Source: Lingula anatina
Lineage: Eukaryota; Animalia; Brachiopoda
Direction: 5' to 3'
NCBI GenBank assembly: GCA_051362555.1
Contig: CM120641.1
Coordinates: forward strand, 47,746,401 to 47,810,400
Length of the DNA stretch: 64,000 nt
Shown here: positions 59,811 through 64,000 of the stretch, piece after piece
How positions within the stretch are numbered: the stretch's first letter is position 1
Layout of the letters: every line of letters begins with the position of its first letter
Notes under the pieces: generated by a model
Told to the model about the DNA's origin: nothing
Seen by the model: the letters and a program-made list of their open reading frames with translations, nothing else
Databases searched by the model: none
Position numbers and translations under genes: made by a program

Positions 59811-61662
59811 GAATCCTTAAAGAAGTAGGTACACTAGACTGTTTACCAAGAGTGTATTAACCAAAGTCTGTAGCCCCATCTGAATGTATGCAATATTGCC
59901 TGTCCCCTTTTCAATTGTATTAATATCGTATTAGTAGATACTAGATAGATGAAGGAATTTTCTTATACGATATTACATCACCACAATCACACGAAATAGA
60001 GAATTATCTCTTTCACACCGTATTATGTCAGTTTGCAGACTTGTCTTTTAAGAATTATCGGTTGGGCTGTGGAGTGAGTAATTAGAGCCATATTGCAGTA
60101 TTGAGGAAATGTACTGATACTAATGTATGTGTAGTTTATCCCGTACTCTGCCCAGGAAGTAGCCAAATGCAGGCAGACAGACGGGCTCAGTGGAGGTGGG
60201 GAGGGGGGATAGAAAGAAATACATTTAGCTGGATATGGCCCACCAAATCAAAACTTGATCAAGGTTCCATGTCCTTTCTAAAGTAGGGTTAACTTAATTG
60301 CATAAAAAAGCTTTTTCATTTTTTACCCCTTGTTTGAAAAATGGCATAAAACCTGGATCATGTTTTAATTTGGAGTGGGCCCTGTAAACTATGACCTATA
60401 AAACCTGTTCTGCCAACAGACCTGAGTTGTTTTATGCCAAGTTATACTTTTACCTCATCTCTTGCTCTGAAAGCTGCTTTCCTTTGTTGCATTTTGAATT
60501 TAATAAGATTGCTTTCCTATTGCCATCAGATTTTCTGATCGATCAAGTTAAATTAAATTAAAATTTTAAATTCTCTTTGTAATTTATTTCTAAATCACAT
60601 CGACTTATCTATCAGACATTGGCAAGGGGGATGGGGATCCTACAATTATCCTTTTGGGCAGACGTCTGCTCTGAATCAAACTTTGTTCTAGATCTTATGC
60701 CATTTTGTGTGAGTTTTTCAGAAATAGACCCTCCCCCCCTTTGAAATAGCTGGCTACTAGCCTGTCTGTCTATCTTTCTTCTGATCTGACCATGTGAGAA
60801 AACCCTGAGTTAAGTCCTTCTTAAATATGAACCTGGTCATTGACTTCTAGTAAAGAGAGAGACAGTCATTGATAAAACGTGAAAAAAAAAGTTCATGGAA
60901 TTTGTAGATTAACAAATCATCTTTTCATTAACAATAGAATATCGCCTGGACACATAATTGATCAGTGAATCGAAAGTTGTAAACGGCAGGCAGATTCCTG
61001 GAAGAGGGGAAATTGATATGTTTGTGTTGTCATGGCAACATTGTGTCTGTGTCTGACCAGGCATGTGTTGTGGACAGAGCAGTAAGGCCATAGGTGATCC
61101 AACATCTTGTCTGGTCTCGACAGTCTGTGAACTGGCGTAGAGTGCAGCCGTACCAACCACGTAGTTTATGTCAATGTCAGGTGGGGTTTGTATATATGTG
61201 AAGCACATGTGACCTCAGTAAGGAAAGACATAACTATATGTGCCTTATGTGAATTCATAATATATGGGATAATGTACATACATGTATTCTTCAGTGGGCT
61301 TACATTGTTGGTGAAGTGGCTGAAAGGATGGGGATGTGGAGTTACAGGATACACCTACACTGCATATGTTAATAATCTGCAGTCACTTTTACACTATTTC
61401 AATTTCATTTAATTATCAGGGAAATGATTAGGCAGAGCATTTGTGATAATATAAATAAAGATGACCAAGAAAATATTCAGTACATTTTTAAAGTCTGATA
61501 GGTGAGAGTTGAAAGATATTCTCTGACGTCAGGGCTGTGCCTCTTCATCTTCCTGTAAACTTTTATCCAATTAAGTTTGGCATTTGCATGCAAATTTGCA
61601 TGTCTGAGAGGTGCAATAACCTATTGGTTCCCAGTGGTTTGTGTCTCAATCAGAACTGCAGA

Positions 61663-61698
<36 letters not shown>

Positions 61699-61991
61699 CG
61701 TAGAAATTCAGCCACGATCCTCCTCGTTGTCACCAGCATTAAATACCTTATCTTTTCTGCTGATGAATTGGTCTCTTCCCAGGTGTTTTAACATCTTGTA
61801 TGCTTATATTTACTAATATCATATATTTTACTCTTTCAAGATCCTGAGTTACTCACAAAGATATATTTCATCACACAAGGCAGACCGAGTTTTCAAAACT
61901 TTTAAGTCAGTTTTTATTTTTGTATATAACTAACAAAACATTGATTTGCAGAAAATTATTATTTTATATTATTGGAGTCTATTGAGTAACT

Positions 61992-62103
61992 ACCACATTG
62001 ACGGTTATCTAATTTTTTATGTCGGAAGACGGTCAAAAATGTAGGATGGAGCAGCAAAGATAATTTGGAAGACTGTCAGAACATATCTCTGGATCTGCCC
62101 CTG
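61992..62103 (-). mobile_element. Short interspersed element copy (ends GGATCTGCCCCTG), inverted relative to 62832-62996
   Basis: Its reverse complement matches 62832-62940 over about 110 bp (GGGCAGATCCAGAGATAT.TTCTGACAGT.TTCCAAATTATCTTTG...). Confidence 0.7.
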
Positions 62104-62831
62104 TACCACAGGCTTAGTTGTAATTGTGTTCTATCCAACAAACTTTTCTAAAGTGAACTTCTATCAGAGATGGATATCTTTACTATATTCTAAATTCAAT
62201 AGTCTCTCAGGTTAGGCTATTTTATATATTTTGTCATGTGAAGTATCTTTCTGTGGCTGTTACCAGTGGAAACACCAGGGTTCAAGGCAGGTGAGCAAGA
62301 ATTACCTGGTCATTTTGATCTCTAGTTATTGATTCTCTTGCTTTCCGTAACTTAAGTAATGGTTTGGATAACAAGCCGCGACCTCTGCTTGACACCCTTA
62401 TTTGGATTAACAGTTACAAATATATATTAACAAGTCTTCCAAGGTTTATGTTATTCGATGTCTTGTAATTCCTTTTGCCTTCACCAATTGCTTGCTGTTA
62501 CAAAAAGATGAGAAACGTGAAAAACTAAACAGAACACGAAACACCAATTATCAGGGATATGTGTTCTAAACATATTATGATTTCCACGATGACTTGGTGG
62601 AAGGTTTTCTGAAGGTTCCAAGGTGTTGAACTCTGTGGTGAACCAGGCTTTCTACGGGTAGCTGGACCTGGGTGTACGTACCTTTCTCCAGTCATGACAC
62701 AACGGGGACCTCATACAGGTATGGTATGGCAGGTGGGCAGCGAGCCTTTCACAACCAGGTTTTTAGGTTCTTCTGGTATCTTGTCATTGCTGGTTGTCTT
62801 CTCTCTCATATTACTGGGACCACTTAATGCA

Positions 62832-62996
62832 AGGGCAGATCCAGAGATATTTTCTGACAGTTTTCCAAATTATCTTTGTTGATCCATCCTCCATTTTTGA
62901 CTGTCTTCTGAAAGAAAAAATTAGATACCCTTTGATGTAAACTTGAAAATCTTACCCTCTTCCGGAAGACCCATAAGACAGCCTCAATCTGCCCCC
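62832..62996 (+). mobile_element. Short element with GGGCAGAT...ATCTGCCC termini
   Basis: Short terminal inverted repeats, plus a second inverted copy about 730 bp upstream. Confidence 0.65.
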
Positions 62997-63016
62997 GAAA
63001 TGTAACCTCTTTGTTA

Positions 63017-63080
63017 CCCTCTACCAGGGCCTCAGAGAGTTTTTTCACAAGGTATTCTCAGATATTTCTTTGGCTAATTC
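63017..63080 (+). mobile_element. Diverged single-arm copy of the 25518-25693 element
   Basis: Identical start CCCTCTACCAGGGC, then TTTTTTCACAAGGTATTCTCAGATATTTCTTTGGCTA aligns with TTTTTTTACAGATATTCACAGATATGTCTCTAGCTA. Confidence 0.55.
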
Positions 63081-63859
63081 TGTGCACACTTCAACACTGT
63101 GGCCAAAGAGGATTTTTGTGAAAAATGATGTCACAGCTCAGCAGTCTGTGGTAGGAAGCACCCTTATGTAATACTACAGGATAAAATATCAGCACCTCCA
63201 AAATGAGTACTTGTTTGTATCTAAAAACTCAAATAAGTACGAAGAAATTATAAGTGTGTTTGTTTAATTGTCAGTATTTAATTGTGTTATACATTTTTTT
63301 AAGAACGTGTGAAAGTCTGCAAATTAAACTGCTGTTGATGTCACTAATTTTTTATCCTCTGCAGGCCACAAATGAAGGCACGCAAATATAGCGGCACTGA
63401 CAGGAGGCCATTTTGTTTGAGCTTTTCACCTTTTTAATCTTATGTTGATTTTTTTCTTTTTCCTTTCCTGGATATCTTTAGAAGACGTCCACTTAAGGGA
63501 GCAAAAGGTAGTACTAGTCGATTTCAAGAGTCTGCCTCATTATTAGTTTTCCTACTTTTCTTTCACTGTTGTTGACCTTAAAGTGTTGAGATCTGAAATG
63601 GCACATTTTTATTTGAGACCTTTGGCCAGCGGTGGTAGAGGTGTTGTTAGGGCTTAGAACATGATCGTAACAGTAAAGCAGGAGAAATGGTCTGCTATTC
63701 TTTTCATAATCTTAAGCCAGCTGAAGGGTATATTTTTAACGTGTAGGTAAACAAAACTGGTTTCAAGTTTTCAGAAAAGTTAGAATTTCTGTAGGCCCTT
63801 CTTTGATGGTGTAGCCTTTGTATAATATCATTACACCGTAGTGCAGAAAAGGCTTCCCT

Positions 63860-64000
63860 TGGCTACTTGGTTGAATGCGTGCGCATGCGCATACGCCGTC
63901 TGACTTATTTTGTCTGCATATGGTATCAAAGGTGAAAGTGCACGCTGCAGTGAGCAGGCTGCAGAAGTAACGCCACCTGGGGGCTGTCAGACTGTTTTCA
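63860..64000. promoter_or_regulatory. CpG-retaining regulatory element or promoter edge
   Basis: Perfect NRF1 palindrome TGCGCATGCGCA (63880-63891), TCF-like ATCAAAGG (~63925), CTCF-like CCCCCAGGTGGCG on the minus strand (63971-63983). Confidence 0.5.

Larger units (their letters stand above)
30726..64000 (+). other. Presumed long first intron of the MSRRKQ gene (no in-frame exon 2 recognised)
   Basis: Starts at donor GTGAGT. CpG-depleted from about 31100 onward, no zinc-finger exon seen. The extent is inferred. Confidence 0.5.

Overview
Eukaryotic (metazoan, probably lophotrochozoan or mollusc-like) AT-rich genomic DNA with very low gene density. It holds a complete two-exon Six3/6 (Optix-class) homeobox gene on the minus strand: CDS 9991-9321 plus 2697-2469, 299 aa, one 6.6-kb phase-2 intron. 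About 20.7 kb upstream and head-to-head is a 52-nt first coding exon missed by the ORF track (30674-30725, +). It encodes MSRRKQEKPQHRRTIDS, the N-terminal NuRD/RBBP4-binding motif of BCL11/SALL/FOG/ZNF521-type zinc-finger repressors; BCL11 is the best guess. I found no second exon, so the remaining ~33 kb is read as its first intron. That region is strongly CpG-depleted and carries dense TGACC(A) clusters, which match the known BCL11A DNA motif and suggest a possible autoregulatory system. The rest is MITE-like palindromic elements, mini- and microsatellites and candidate cis-regulatory sites. All motif counts are by eye, and no database search or folding was run.
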